Below, one piece after another: positions 1-13,067 of a DNA stretch of 64,000 nucleotides (its first letter is position 1; each line of letters begins with the position of its first letter). Both the position numbers and the translations under genes were made by a program. Below the pieces are notes generated by a model. That model was given only the letters and a program-made list of their open reading frames with translations. It had not been told where the DNA came from and searched no databases. Source of the DNA: Squalus acanthias (Eukaryota); contig CM059431.1 in NCBI GenBank assembly GCA_030390025.1, positions 125,924,001 to 125,988,000 on the forward strand. The letters run 5' to 3'.

Positions 1-873
1 GGGTTTACTGACCGCGGCGGCACGTGGATCCTTCTTCTTTTCTCATCTCATCTCATCTCTTCGGGCCTTCGGTCCAGACACCGTTTACCGACCTTCGGGA
101 CGGTGCACCCGATTTCGCAGCGCGCCACGAGGTCGACCCCAAAAGGGATCAGTGGAACAAGAGAGAATAACGGTCATCTGGGATAAGAGCCAAAAGACGA
201 TTCCAAGCGAATGAAAAGGATAAGAGAGCGATGGACGTTTGGACACTACAGTTATAGTACTGTAATTCCTTATCTCCCGCCCAAACTTAATGTTCATCTT
301 TTGTCATGTTTTGGCGCTCAAACTTCTTGTATGGGGTGGTTCTTGTCGTTAATGGGTTTCGGTGATACTTGTAGCTGTCTAAGTACCCGTTAATATTTCT
401 CCCATTGTGGAACCAGCTAGGAGTCTCCCTGGAGGGGTTTTTGGGGGCCTCCGAATTCTTGCTGTGAGTACCTGCGAACGGCTCTCTCATCGTAGAGCCG
501 TGGGGAATTTGCGTATCAATGTCTTTGGATGGGCCCTTGATTGCTCAGTACAATAGCCCTCGTTTGTGTATGGAAAACCGATTCCAGCACTTATATTTCT
601 TGCTTAGGTGTCAAAAATGCAAAACGATCGCGTTTTGTCTTATATCAATGTATGCTGAGCATTGTCCGATCTTGCTGAAATGTTTATTTGAACGCCATCT
701 TGTCTGCCTACTGAAAGTCTAGAAACTTCTGCCATGAGGCGCGGCGGCCATTTTACAGGCTTCTTGTGTCCGTTTTGAAACCTGACAGCATTTTGCTGAA
801 ATAAAACTGTTTTAACGAATCTGTGTCTCTTTTTCTCGTTATTTCGAAATCGCGATAATTTGCGAATTCTACA
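1..873 (-). mobile_element. Diverged LTR (5' part) of the same family as the 32472-45295 provirus; runs off the left edge
   Basis: Reverse complement begins TGTAGAATTCGCAAATTATCGCGATTT versus TGTAGAATTCGCAATATATCGCGATTT at 32472. It shares collinear blocks (AAATGGCCGCCGC, AGACAAGATGGCGTT, CAAGGGCCCATCCAAAG, CCCTCCAGGGAGA, (GAGAT)n). The flank at 874 is CR1 tail, not a polypurine tract. Confidence 0.88.
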
Positions 874-1403
874 CAGGAGTAGGCCATTCGGCCCCTCGAG
901 CCTTCTCCGCCATTTAATGAGATCATGGCTGATCATCCAAATTCAGTACCCCGTCCCTGCTTTCTCCCCATATCCCTTGATCCCTTTAGCCTTAAGAAAT
1001 ATATCTATCTCCTTCTTGAATATATTTAATGAATTGGCCTCAACTGCCTTCTGTGGTAGAGAATTCCACAGGTTCACCACTCTCTGGGTGAAAAAATTCC
1101 TCCTCATCTCAGTGCTAAATGACTTACCCCTTATCCTTAGACTGTGACCTCTGGTTCTGGACTCCCCCGCCATCGGGAACATCCTTCCTGCATCTAGTCT
1201 GTCTAGTCCTGTTAGAATTTTATAAGTTTCAATGAGATCCCCTCTCATTCTTCTAAACTCTAGCGAATATAAGCCTAATCGACCCAATCTCTCCTCATAC
1301 GTCATTCCTGCCATCCCAGGTATCAGTCTGGTAAATCTTCGCTGCACCCTCTCCATGGCAAGAACATCCTTCCTCATATAAGGCAACCAAAAGTGCACAC
1401 AAT
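874..1403 (-). mobile_element. CR1 LINE 3' end (ORF2 C-terminus and tail)
   Basis: ORF 943-1398 has YEERL..LGLYSLEFRRMRGDLIETYKI and FFTQRVVNLWNSLP, the canonical CR1 ORF2 C-terminus. Confidence 0.93.
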
Positions 1404-1889
1404 GGGCTATTAACTAACTTAGCAGAAATAAACTAATAAACTTAAAAAAAATACACTCACCAGCTACTCACCAATCAGCTCCTTCCCTTGTGCCGATGTC
1501 ACATTTTTACTCTGATGTCACTTTTTCAAAAACTGCCTCTGTTGAGTTGCTGCTGCTCCTTTTAACTGCTCCGCTCTCGCTGTGCTCCCTCCAGGTCTGT
1601 TCCTTCCGGTCTCATTCTACAGGTAAATGGGAAAATGTGTCCACATTCTGCTTCCTTAATATTTTCAAAATAATGGCTGAAGCAGCAAAGCAGAAATTTC
1701 ACATATATTTATTAATCATAAAATCATAGAATAGTACAGCACAGAAGGAGGCCATTCAGCCCATTGAGTCTGCGCCAGAATTAATATTCTTAATTTCAGT
1801 GTTGGTGTTAGAATTACTCTATCTGTCTGTGTGTCTCTGTCTTTATAAGCCTTTTCTGCTTTGGAGATCTGTGACCTGTACACTCCATC

Positions 1890-2408
1890 GGGTCAATATT
1901 CATCCCCTCCGCAAGGCAGGAATGAAGCAGTAGCACATGAAACTATAGCACTTCATTGACTGGCTCTTCCCCGCCAACATCCAGGACTTTACCATTTTGT
2001 TGTAGGTCTTGAAATGGGCTGTCCAGATGCCTGATGGAAACAGATGCAAGCCTCATTAGCCTGTGCAATTCAGGGCCCTATGACGTCAATATGACTCCAA
2101 TATAATTCTGAGCTACCAATGAGTGGAGCATGAGCTGTGCATGCTCGTCCAATTCGTACTTAGATTGAACAGCCTAACCAGTGATCCTTAAAGGGACCAT
2201 TGCAGGCCACACAGAAAAAATACAAAAAATGGCTTTTAAAAAATGGACCCCCTGATGCCTGACCCTCCACAGCTCATAGGCAGCATCGCCTCCCCCATCC
2301 CCCCCCCCCAACCCACTGCACCCCCCCCACCCCGCCCATCGCCCCCACGCCCAATTCACTTACCTGGACTAGTTAGGCTGCATGGTGAATCCGCCGAATT
2401 TCATGCCC
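1890..2408. mobile_element. Probable degenerate Harbinger-type MITE
   Basis: Ends GGGTCAATATTC and GAATTTCATGCCC resemble the other Harbinger TIRs in the window. Boundaries approximate. Confidence 0.4.
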
Positions 2409-2736
2409 ACTCTGATCAACGAGCTGCTCCAAAAGCTAGAGCTACTCACCAACAAAACGCTGATGAGGACCGACTCCCTCTCAATGGAAGTGCTCAAATG
2501 AAAATTGACCCCATATCGTCTATCTCTATATAGCTGGAATGTAACAGCCCCTGATGTTACACCTGTCAATTCCATCACCTCATCTAGTCATGTTCTTCTT
2601 TGGATGCCTCTTGATCAATTGCCATCAACTTTTCCAGACAATAAGAAATCAGCAATGTCCCTTGCGATTTTGATTACAGTGACCAGATCAATGACCCTCT
2701 CATTAGTCCTTCTTGTTGTCTATCTTATTTCCAGCA

Positions 2737-2872
2737 TACAAAAGCAAAATACTGCGGATGCTGGAAATCTGAAATAAAAACAGAAAATCCTGGAAATACT
2801 CAGCAGGTCAGGCAGCACCTGTAGAGAGCGAAACAGAGTTAACCTTTCAGGTCGGTGACCTTTCTTCAGAAT
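2737..2872 (-). repeat. Penelope-derived short repeat with a minimal hammerhead-like core
   Basis: ACTGCGGATGCTGGAAATCTG...ACTCAGCAGGTCAGGCAGCA block, with further copies at ~15290-15420 and ~57740-57880. Minus strand reads CTGAAGA-AAGGTCACCGACCT-GAAA. Confidence 0.55.
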
Positions 2873-3373
2873 TTCCAACATATGTCTTTAGCACCATAAT
2901 TCAAATGCCCACCAATCTTCTTATTTTAGTATTCAACGTCCAATTTCCACGTCTCTACAATCCACGTTGACACTTGAGTATTCTACTTCAACAATTTGAT
3001 TTTACAGAAGCACAGAAATCCTTTCATGTTCTTAAATACTTATTTTCTAACTGTTATACTTCATTTAACTTCTCTGTTACTTCGACCATCTGATGTCATT
3101 AGACAATCGAAGTAACTAATTTTATCTACGTGTTCTATTTCCAAATTGTTCATTCTAAGGTTAATTATCGGGAGGTCTTCCTGCTTTGTGATTCCCATTG
3201 ACTTTGTCTTCTTCAACTTGTATCTTCTCAAGTATCTCTCGTTTCTGTTTGCAATCAGTACAGCACCATCCACCATACGTTGTTTATCAATCTTCCATTG
3301 ATCTTGAGCCCAAATTCTAAATCATTCAGACTTTCTTTCATAATGAATTCAGAGTGTATGTTCAAAAGATTAA

Positions 3374-4087
3374 GGGGGAAAAATTGGGTTGCTTTGTGCC
3401 TCCCGTTAGTGCCCTAAGAGGGCGATAATGGGGCGCAAAGCAACTAGTGCCCGGGTGCGGCGCCGCCCACGCCTCCCGCGAAATTCAGCGGGAGGTTAGC
3501 AGCGGCGCTAACCGGTAGCACCCTGCGGTGCTGCGCCGCCGGCGATGACGTCATCACCGTGCACAGCGCCCCGCTCGCAACCCGGCCACGATGTTCAGGA
3601 GTGCCCCCTGACTTATCGCTGGACGCTATGTCCGACGGGGTCAGGGGGGCCTACCTGCGGCCGGGGAGATGCAATTTAAAGGCGAGGTGCGGGGCGGCCA
3701 TTTTTGTTGCTGGCCACCTGCCAGCGCTCCCGTCCCCGGCCTCCTGAATGGACACCCCCCCACGGAGTGCCGGTTGCGCTCCAAGAGCCCGGCACTTCTC
3801 TTGAGTGTCGGGCTCTTTTGCCGGCACTCCCGATCCCCGGGGGCTCAGCTGGGCCCCGGGTCGCGCTGCGCAAGGCCCCACCTCTTTAAGAATGGGAGGA
3901 AGGCCTGCAATACCGTGGCACGTAGCGCCGCGGTATTGACTCGCAGCACCCCAAGAGGGAAGCGGGGCGCTTTCAGTAGCTTCCCTCTTGGGACGCAACC
4001 ACTCAATTTCCGGCGCAGGGGGCACTAATTTTTTAGCGCCCCGGCGAAGTTAGCGCCCCAAGTGGGGCGCTACTCAATTTTTAGCCC
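3374..4087. mobile_element. Non-autonomous Harbinger/PIF element (MITE)
   Basis: Imperfect TIRs GGGGGAAAAATTG and CAATTTTTAGCCC, flanked by a TAA duplication (3371-3373, 4088-4090). GC-rich interior. Confidence 0.8.
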
Positions 4088-4589
4088 TAAGTGCTATAAC
4101 ACAGACTTGTCTCATTCCTCATCAAATCTTTATCAACTCTTACTGCTGCTTGTTGAACCCAGCAAAGATTGCTAATATGTTTCAAGGATTTCCCAATTCA
4201 CACTCTTTGCAGAACATCAATTAATCTTTCAGGCTTTACCCTTTCAAATGCTTCATCATAATCTATGAAGCATCACTGCACTTCTATTTTAATTTAGATT
4301 TTCAGCTCACAATTCATTCTTGTACCAAATATTTCTTCATGTGTTCCTTTCCCTCTTCTAAAAGCAAATGATTTCCTGCTTAATTCCCAATCCATCTTCC
4401 TTTTTATTCTTTCTAGTATGATTTTTAGCAGCAGAGCATAGCTCCTGAGACTAATGGTTCTATGTTCTCCACTTATTCACATTCTGGGGTTGTAATTTTT
4501 TGGACAGTGTTATGAATATAGATCTGGCGAAGCTCATCAGTTAGGTCACATTATAAAGTTGGATATTTTCTCTACACCAATCTCTCTAA

Positions 4590-7256
4590 TGCGTGGTCAG
4601 CACAGAGTATCGTAAACTGAGTGCACTTAAAACAGAGTTTTAAAACTTGGGCATTTGGAGAGAGTGGGAATTTGGAGCAGAGGGGAAGGAGGTGTTGCTT
4701 TTTGCCTCCAATATTTGGGGTGCGTTGTGTTACAGGTAAATATTTAATTTCATCTACCTAGAACTTAAACTAGATCTGGTAATTAGTTAAAAACTAAACT
4801 GTAAGCTAAGTTAATTAAATACATAAACTTTAATTAGCTAAATAATTAAAACAAGATTATAAAGGGATGCCAGTGCAGGTGGTGTGCCGCAACTGCAGCA
4901 TGTGGGAGTTTGTGGAGAGCACTGCAATCCGAGACAACCACGTCTGCAGTAAGTGTCTGCAACTCGAGGGACTTCAGCTCAGAGTTGTTGAGCTGGAGTC
5001 TGAGGCGCAGACATTGCGGGGCATCAGGGAGTAGGAGAGTTACCAAGAAACTTTGATTCGGGAGGCAGTCACACCCCTTAGGTTAGGTAATAGTACAGAT
5101 CTGGTTAGTGGTCAGGGACAGGAGGGTGTGACTGCAACTCAGGCAGGTAAGGGCACCCCAGGTGCAGTGCTGGAGGAGCCTCGGCCTTTGCCCTTATCCA
5201 ACAAGTATGAGGTTCTTGCTGCCTGTGTGAATGAGGGCAAAGTCTGCAGGGTGGATGAGCAAACTGACCATGGCACCATGATACAGGAGGCCATTCATGT
5301 GGGGGGAGTGAAAAGGAATGTTGTACTGGTAGGGGACAGCATTGTCAGGGGGATAGATACTGTTCTCTGCAGCCGCGATTGGGAGTTCCGAAGGCTGTGT
5401 TGCCTGCCCAGTGCCAGGGTTAAGGATATCTCCTCATGGCTGCAGAAGAATTTGGAGTGGGAGGGGTAGGAGCCAGTTGTCGTGGTCCATGTCGGAAGCA
5501 ATGACATAGGTAGAACTAGGAATGAGATTCTGCTGAGAGAGTTTGAGAAGCTAGATACTAATTAAAAAGCAGAACCTCAAAGGTAAGAATCTCTGGATTT
5601 TTACCTGAGCCACGCTCAAATTGGCATAGGGACAAGCAGATCAGAGAGTTAACTGCGTGGCTCAAAGAGTGGTGTGGGAGGAAGGGGTTTTGATTCATGG
5701 GGCAGTGGCACCAGTACTGGGGAAAGAGGGAGCTGTTCCGTTGGGACGGTCTCCACTTAAACCGGGTTGGGACCATTGTCGAATAACTAGGGCTGTAGAT
5801 AAGGCTTTAAACTAAAAAGGTGGGGGGCGGGGTGGGGGGGGGGGGGGGCGTTGGGGGGATCAGGTGAGAGGAAATTTAGAAATCTAAAGAGAAAAGTCAA
5901 GGCAATGGAGCAGTGTAGCGATTTGGGTAAAGATAAGCAGAGTGTGACAGGAAGAGACAGAGAGTTTAAAGGTAATCGTGCATCAGTGAATAAGATGAAA
6001 GCAGGGAATAATGTTAAAAGGTTAAAACTAAAGGCTCTTTACCTGAATGCACGAAGCATTTGGAACAAGGTAGATGAATTAGTGGCACAAATTGTGATAA
6101 ACGGGTATGATCTAATAGCCGTTACAGAGATATGGTTGCAAGGTGACCAGGGTTGGGAACTAAATATTCCAGGGTACTTGACTTATCAAAAAGACAGGCA
6201 GACTGGAATAGGGGGGCGGGGTGGCCCTGATAATTAAGGATGACAAAAGGACAGTAGTGAGAAAGGATCTTGGCTCAGAAGATCAGGAAGTAGAATCAGT
6301 ATGGGTGGAGATAAGAAATAGCAAGGGCCAGAAAACAATGGTGGGCGTAATTTATAGGCCCCCTAACAGTAGCTATACCATTGGACAGTGAATTAATCAA
6401 GAAATAATAGGAGCTTGTAACAAAGGTAGTACAATAATCGTGGGGGACGTTAATTTGCATATAGATTGGGCAAATCAAATTGGCAAGGGTAGTCTGGAGG
6501 ACGATTCATGGAATGTATTCAAGACAGTTTCCTAGGACAATACATCATGGAACCAACCAGGGAACAGGTTATTTTAGATTTTGTTTTGTGTAATGAGACA
6601 GGGTTAATTAGTAAACTTATAGTAACGGATCATAGAATCATAGAATGGTTACAGCACGGAAGAAGGGCATTTGGCCCGTCGAGCCCATGCCGGCTCTGTA
6701 CAAGAGCACCTCAGCTAGTCCCACTCCACCGCCCTTTCCCTGTAGTCCTGCAAATTTTTTTCCTTCAGATAATTATCCAACTCCCTTTTGAAAGATAAGA
6801 TTGAGTCTGCTTCCACCACCCTTTCAGGAAGTGCATTCCAGATCTTAACCACTTGCTGCGTAAAAAAGATTTTTCTTACATCGCCTTTGGTTCTTTTGCC
6901 AATCACCTTGAATCTGTGTCCTCTGGTTCTCGACCCTTCTGCTAATGGAAACAGTTTCTCTCTATCTACTCTGTCCAGACCCCTCATGATTTTGAACACC
7001 TCTATCAAATCTCCTCTCAATCTTCTCTGCTCTAAGGAGAACAACCCCAGCTTCTCCAGTCTATCAACGTAACTGAAGTCCCTCATTCCTGGAATCATTC
7101 TCGTAAATCTTTTCTGCACCTTCTCTAAGGCCTCCAGGAAAGAGTGATCATAGTATGTTTGCGTTTGAAAGTGACAGTCTAAAGTCTGACACTAGAGTCT
7201 TAAACTTAAACAAAGCCAATTACATAGGTATGAGGGGCGAGTTGGCTAAGGTAGAT
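4590..7256 (+). mobile_element. CR1 LINE 5' portion: ORF1 (Cys-rich motif plus SGNH esterase) and ORF2 endonuclease, degraded
   Basis: CRNCSMWEF..CSKC; VVLVGDSIVRG and VVVHVGSND esterase motifs; YLNARSI, IAVTEIWL endonuclease motifs; several stops. Confidence 0.88.
6631..7135 (-). mobile_element. CR1 3' fragment inserted antisense into the CR1 above
   Basis: ORF 6715-7119 LGLFSLEQRRLRGDLIEVFKI..WNALP with a (CATAGAAT)n tail at 6631. Confidence 0.9.
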
Positions 7257-7697
7257 CAAGCAAGGGGACCAATCCTGGTTCAATGAGGAGGGTAGAAGAG
7301 CACACCAGGAGCAGCACCAGGCGTACCTAAAAATGAAGTGCCATCATGGTGAAGCTACAACGCAGGACCACATACATGCTAAACAGCGGAAACAGCACAC
7401 TATAGACAGAGCTAAGTGATCCCACAACCAACGGATCAGATAAAAGCTCTGCAGTCCTGCCACATCCATTCATGAATGGTGGTGGACCATTAAACAACTA
7501 ACAGGTGGAGGCTCCGTGAACATCCCAATCCTCAATGATGGTGGAGCCCAGCACGTGAGTGCAAAAGACAAGGCTGAAGTGTTCACAACCATCTTCAGCT
7601 AGAAGTGCCAAGTGGATGATTCTTATCGGCCTCCTCCTCAGGTCCCGACCATCACAGAAGCCAGTCTTCAGCCAATGCAATTCACTCCACGTGGATT
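7257..7697 (+). mobile_element. Fragment of a different CR1-group LINE ORF2
   Basis: Translates WWWTIKQLTGG..IPILNDG..KDKAEVF, typical of the endonuclease-RT linker. Confidence 0.6.
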
Positions 7698-7947
7698 TGA
7701 AGAAGAGCAGAGGAGTTCTCCCCGGTGTCCTGTCCAAAATTTATCCCTCAACCAACATCACAAAAAATAGATTATCTGGTCTTTTGTCTCATTGTTGTTT
7801 ATGGGACCTTATGGGGCAAATTGGCTGCCACGTTTCCTACATTACAACAGTGACTACACTTAAAAAATACTTCATTGGCTGTAAAGCATTTTGGGATGTT
7901 CTGAGGCAGTGAAAGGCGCTAAAGAAATTGAAATACTTTCTTTCTTT
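7698..7947 (+). repeat. Deu-domain SINE (SacSINE1-like), 3' part
   Basis: GTTCTCCCCGGTGTCCTG..ATTTATCCCTCAACCAACATCAC..AAATTGGCTGCC..TACTTCATTGGCTGTAAAGC..TGAAAGGCGCTA tail. Confidence 0.7.
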
Positions 7948-10715
7948 AAAAGAATGGTTACTGATAACAAGGTAAGTTTGGGAGGGTTTATGTGAGGCAA
8001 GGGAGAGCCTGGGGCAGGGTAGGCCTAAACTTTCCTTGCGGAGCACTCCTGCTCCTCTGGGCGCCACAAGGAAAGTTTAGTCCTCTTCTTTCCCCGGATC
8101 TTCTTCCCGCTGTCTTTATCTGGGAAAAGCCTCAATGGCTTCCCTGCTCAGGCCACAGTTAAAATTGCAGTTGGGCCCAATTATGTCTTCAGACATTTGC
8201 GCATTTAAAGAAGGGTCCACCAGCTTCAAGCGGGTTTCCTTGCCACCTGCTCAGAAGAGCAGCTTAAAATACAAGACGGCAGCATTGGAACGAGACGTCG
8301 GTGGGTAAGAAACCCAACCTGTTTTAATTAACTGCCTGCCTAGGTTCCCAATTATTCCTTTTGTTCCTGAACCCCTCCACCTTGCTACCCTCCTCATCAC
8401 CTTCAAAACCTTTTTCAAAACTTACCTCTTTGGCAATGCTTTTGACCACCTCTCCTAATTCTTTCCTTCTGCTTCAGCTCCTTGATTTAACTGTAAAATC
8501 AACCCTAGCTTATGAGGCAAAAGTTAGAAGCAGGAGATGGATTTGGTGCTCACCTGCAAGGCAAAAGTTGCAAGGTTTAGCTGGCTATCACTTGTGGAAT
8601 GGGAAGCAGAGCTGAAACCTTGGCTGTGAAATAGATATTCAAGACAAGGGGACAACAGACAGAAAAAAATGATTTCACCTCCTACAGCATTGCTTACTGT
8701 TGGTTACAAATGCTGGTTACCTGAAGAGAGACGAATTCCAGAAACAAATTTCAGTGAAAGAAAAAGCCTAGTTTGTTTCAAAATGAGCTTGCAGGTGCCA
8801 GGAGGGAAACAGAAAGCATTTCATCTCTTCCCTCCGATTTCAAGACCAAATTCAAGTGATAGTGTGATAAGGAGTTTGTTGGCAAATTTAGCAATTCAGA
8901 AGTGAGCAAACACTTGTCAAGGGAAATTTTAGCAGCATCAATCTTCCAGGAATCACATTGTTTAAAATCGTGTGTTCCCATGAGTTCAGTACAATGGCAA
9001 ACAGAAATAAAAACACTGCTTTCATACATTTTGCATATGTAAAGAAGAATTTTACCCCCTCTCCCATGGCTTAATTCAATCATAGTACGGACAAGGTAGC
9101 TGGCTGGTTTGTCACAGCTGGATTACAATATGCTCTACCAAATAGAATCTTATTTGACAAATGAAACTGAGTTTTGTGTTTAGGGAGCTGAACATGTCCC
9201 AGTTTCCATCCTTTGATGGCATCAAACCTACCTACATACTAGTTATAAGCTTGATAGGCATAGCTTCTCTACAGTGAAAAAGCACTGTAACTCCAGCTTT
9301 AAAAAAAACAGCATATTTAATTCATTGTTCTTTGTGTTTTCTTTGAGTTAGTTTGCTGATTTATGTCAAAATGTGGGGCAATTTTATGATGTGTGTTGTA
9401 ATTAACAGGGGGACTTAGATCCTCCATGGCCATTTATTTAGTACGCATACAGCAAAAAAAATAGGTTTGAGCCCACATGTAAAGGCAAAAAATAACTTTA
9501 ATTAACATCATAGCACTTCCAAGCTTCGATGAGTGATTTACTCAGCAGTCAGCCACATGAAATGCCCTGGAGAAAAAGTGATTGACATTTCCCACAATGC
9601 AATCTACGAAGTAGCCAATCACTATAAAGCTAGGTCACTCAATTCCCTCATACATGTTCTCTCTTAAAGGTACAGTGAATTTAAAGAAGAAAAAATACAT
9701 CTTCCTAGATTTTATTTCACTTAATAGTGGTCTTAAAATCTCCCTCTCACAACAATTTTCAAAGCTATGCCCAAAAGATGGAAGCAATGTTTTAACAGTG
9801 CCTTAATGTTCTGAATTGAATATTCTTCTAAGGTATGTTTATAACATTCTACAGCAATTTATATGGTCAGTATATATGCAATAATAATCACAACAGTTAA
9901 ATGTGTCTTTTGTACTAGTTTATATCATATTTGAATATCATACAGCAAGTAATCAAAGTGAGATTTTTTTTGACTTTACTGAAGTAGCTACTTTGTAGAA
10001 CAAGATTATTTTTGACTTTTTTGTATATTTACAAGAAAAAGCATATCATTATGTATGGATGCGGATTAAAATCTGGCAACTGTTTACATGTTAGTGTTGC
10101 TAGTGAACCTTAAGTTGAAAGCACATGCTGAATACAAACCTTACAATGAAAGTGAATGCAATTATTCGATTCTTTGGAAAAATATACATAATCAAATATA
10201 TTGCAAAATTTAAAAAAACTAAAAACTTAAATAAAAAGGTCACTAACCTCATGAAAAATATGTTCATCAAATTCATTTTACAGCTTTAATGTTTCTTTTT
10301 CCAATTTTCTCCCCTCCTTTTATCCTTAAGGTGCTCAAACTGGATGAGTCCAATTCCACACATACAAGCTAGTCTTTGGTATCTCTCCCAAGTGGCCATT
10401 TCTAACGTGTGAGCATAGGTGTTCAGTATCAGCAGGTATTCTATAGAGAATCTGATCCTGTCCTCACTCAACATCCTTGTGTACTTCCAAGAGGGGCTGT
10501 TCATTTACTGACCAGGAGCAGAATCTCTGGCGAATTTCTTTCCCTTTCCTAACTCATGGAAGCTGAGAACAGTTCTGGCACACGTACCACTACCTTGGTT
10601 GAGATCAGCTAACTCAGCAACCAAAGCTAGAACCTTCCTCATCCAATGGCTCTGTTGTATACTTGACAATTCACTTACAAGCCAAACCACCATGGAGTAA
10701 TTTGACAAACCTTAT

Positions 10716-12462
10716 GGGCTGGATTTTGCGGGGGTCAGCGGGCGCGATCGGTGGCGGGTCGGGTGGGAAAGTGCTTTTTTTCCCCAGCAGGTCAGGACCT
10801 CGCTGTGAACCCGCCGCCGCGCACCTTTACCAAATGTTAGGTCTGTCAGCGCTGAGCAGACCCAACATGCAACGGCGGAGGAGGCAATTAAAATCATTAG
10901 TGGTTTGTTTACAGCCACTTATCAATGGTTTTTTTCCCAGCTTTTTGGATTTGACAGGTCGCCCACTGGTTTCCCGCTGTGCTTAGACCTGGTCTGTGAA
11001 GCTGAGGCAGGAGGTCAGTGGCCATTGGATCAGCTGATGAGTTGACAGCTTCAAATGTCAAATCAAAGCCCCCAGCTGATTGACATATGTTCCCTTAACC
11101 ACAAGCTTCTCTAAACTGCATTTCCACTACAGATTCAGGATTCGGCAAGTCTTTACACAAGTCTCCATCCAGTCTGACCTCATTACCTCTCTCACCATTG
11201 ACAGATCACTTCTGTCATCTCTACTTCACCTGCCATCTATTCCATCAGCATGGGTGCCCTTGAAACCATCTCACCTTGGTCCTCAGAATCCCACCATGAT
11301 CAGCCTCAACACCAGCATCACCAGGCACACCAGCAGCACCAACAACAACAACACCAACCTTCTCCGCAATCACCTGATGCTGCACAGGACACAGGGCATC
11401 AGCACCCAACCATGTTGCTGCCCGGGAGGCCAGGGATGGCCTCACCATGGCCAGATTTACTTCACGTGACTCTGTAAACCTTGGCTGTTACATGATGCAT
11501 CAGGTTGGCACCACCCCACACCAACACCACAAAGCATTCCTACAATGCCCAAGCCATTCATCACCATTGCGGGTGGGTACCGTTATGTCTCACCATTCAC
11601 TACAACTCACTAAGCCACTTCCAAAGGTGCACACAAATCTGTCCAAGAATGCAAAGCTTTGAAAATAAGGGTTTCAATGTTTGACACCACATTAACAGAA
11701 ACTTTACATTAACATTGCATAAAGCACCCAAGTGCCTACCCTTGTGTGTTGTTAGTTATTATGATTGGACTAAGATGAGGGGGAGTGTGAGGGGTGGCTA
11801 GTGAGATGGGGAAGTGATAATGTAGATAGAGAGGGATTTGTGGAGGTGCAAGATAAGTTGGTGTGAGTAAGGATGTGCAGGTGTAGGGTAGGGAAGGCAG
11901 AGTGGTGGGGATGTGATGAGAGGCACAGCAAGATGATGTTGAGTATGGCTTTGTACTAACGTTTGTGATCTACTGAGATCATTGAAACATTTGCGGCACT
12001 GCACCCAGGGCCTCCTGATCACATCCCTGCTTGTGCCCTCCTCTGCAATGTGCAACCAGGCTGTGTTGATCTTCTGGGGAGGTCTCGCCCGCCCATGGGA
12101 AGGGAAGAGGACCTCCCTGTGTGCTGTGACTCCCTCCATAAGCATATGGAGGGAGTCATGGGAGAACCTGGGTGTAGCCCTGCACCGCTGTGCAGTGTTT
12201 GTCAGTGTTTGCAGCACCTCAATGCTGTAGAACACTGACAGCACAAATGTCAAAATAAAGTTGACCATGGTCCCTTTAAGGAAACCGGCTGATGACGCAT
12301 CATCAAATGACATCACCCGACCTGCTTCCTCTAATTGGCTGGCAAACGCGCTGGGCGGGCTTAACAAACCCAATCAGGGCCGGGATGGAGACAGCAATGG
12401 GGTTGGGTCCCGCCACCATCATCGCCCGCCACGGACCTGCTGAGGTTCGTAAAATCACAGCC
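10716..12462. mobile_element. Internally deleted Harbinger element with Myb/SANT-like remnant
   Basis: TIRs GGGCTGGATTTT and AAAATCACAGCC, TAT duplication. ORF 11798-12373(-) has PRFSHDSL..REVLFP..W..IA..R.WVQCRKCFNDL. Confidence 0.8.
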
Positions 12463-12805
12463 TATGTTTTTGTTTAGGAAGGAAGATAAGCCAATTGCAC
12501 TGCATACACGCGATTCACGTTTATCCAACTGCAGTCATTATAACAGTACCTCGTCAAAAAGGAATTTTCATTATCCTTACTCTTTTTAAAAATCAGTTAC
12601 AAGTAATTATGTTTAAGTTTTCCAACCTTTTGTCCTTTTCTGACTAATTTTGTGGTTTTCTGCATATTTTGTTTGAAGCAGTGAGCACTTACAACAATTT
12701 CAGAGAAACCGACTTGGAGGATTCAGTAAGGCTGGTAGTTTGAGGGAGATTCATCAGCACATACAGTTGACACAATTGATTAACCTTAATGAGTTAATAT
12801 AGAAC

Positions 12806-13067
12806 TGTTGAGGCTGCCGCGAAACACGAATGGAGGCTGAATCCATATGTGAAAAACAAGAAACTTTAATTCACTGCATGGCACACAAAATGGCTGAGAA
12901 AGCTGCTCCCAGAATTCTCTGGAAAAACTCCCAGAACTCTCTGGGTAAAACCTGAGGCCCCGCCCCCTTCTGCCTTAAAGGTAAGGTGCCTTAAAGGGGA
13001 AGGTGCTGGAAATTTGTCCACAGACGGAGGAGTGGATTATGCCCGTTTTAGGTGGCGATCCGCCACA
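12806..13067 (-). mobile_element. Small solo LTR (262 bp)
   Basis: TGT...ACA termini, 4-bp duplication GAAC (12802-12805, 13068-13071), ATTAAA on the minus strand. It interrupts CR1 sequence (TATAGAAC|CTTAGTTAGG). Confidence 0.72.

Larger units (their letters stand above)
2500..4590 (-). mobile_element. Degraded RTE-clade LINE fragment (RT and 3' region), interrupted by younger repeats
   Basis: Minus-strand remnants CFIDYDEAFERV (~4240-4275), KKTKSM..IEHVDKISYF..TSDGRSNREVK (3061-3276) and GKVDGN..EVMELTG near 2560-2640. Confidence 0.7.

Noticed and set aside
8698..8720. Possible 23-nt minus-strand micro-exon (TCTCTTCAG..GTAAGC)
   Set aside because: Not frame-preserving and no partner exons or recognisable protein in the window.
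10380..10660. Old tRNA-SINE-like remnants (also ~27750-27910 and ~58860-59075)
   Set aside because: Too decayed to assign family or boundaries by eye.
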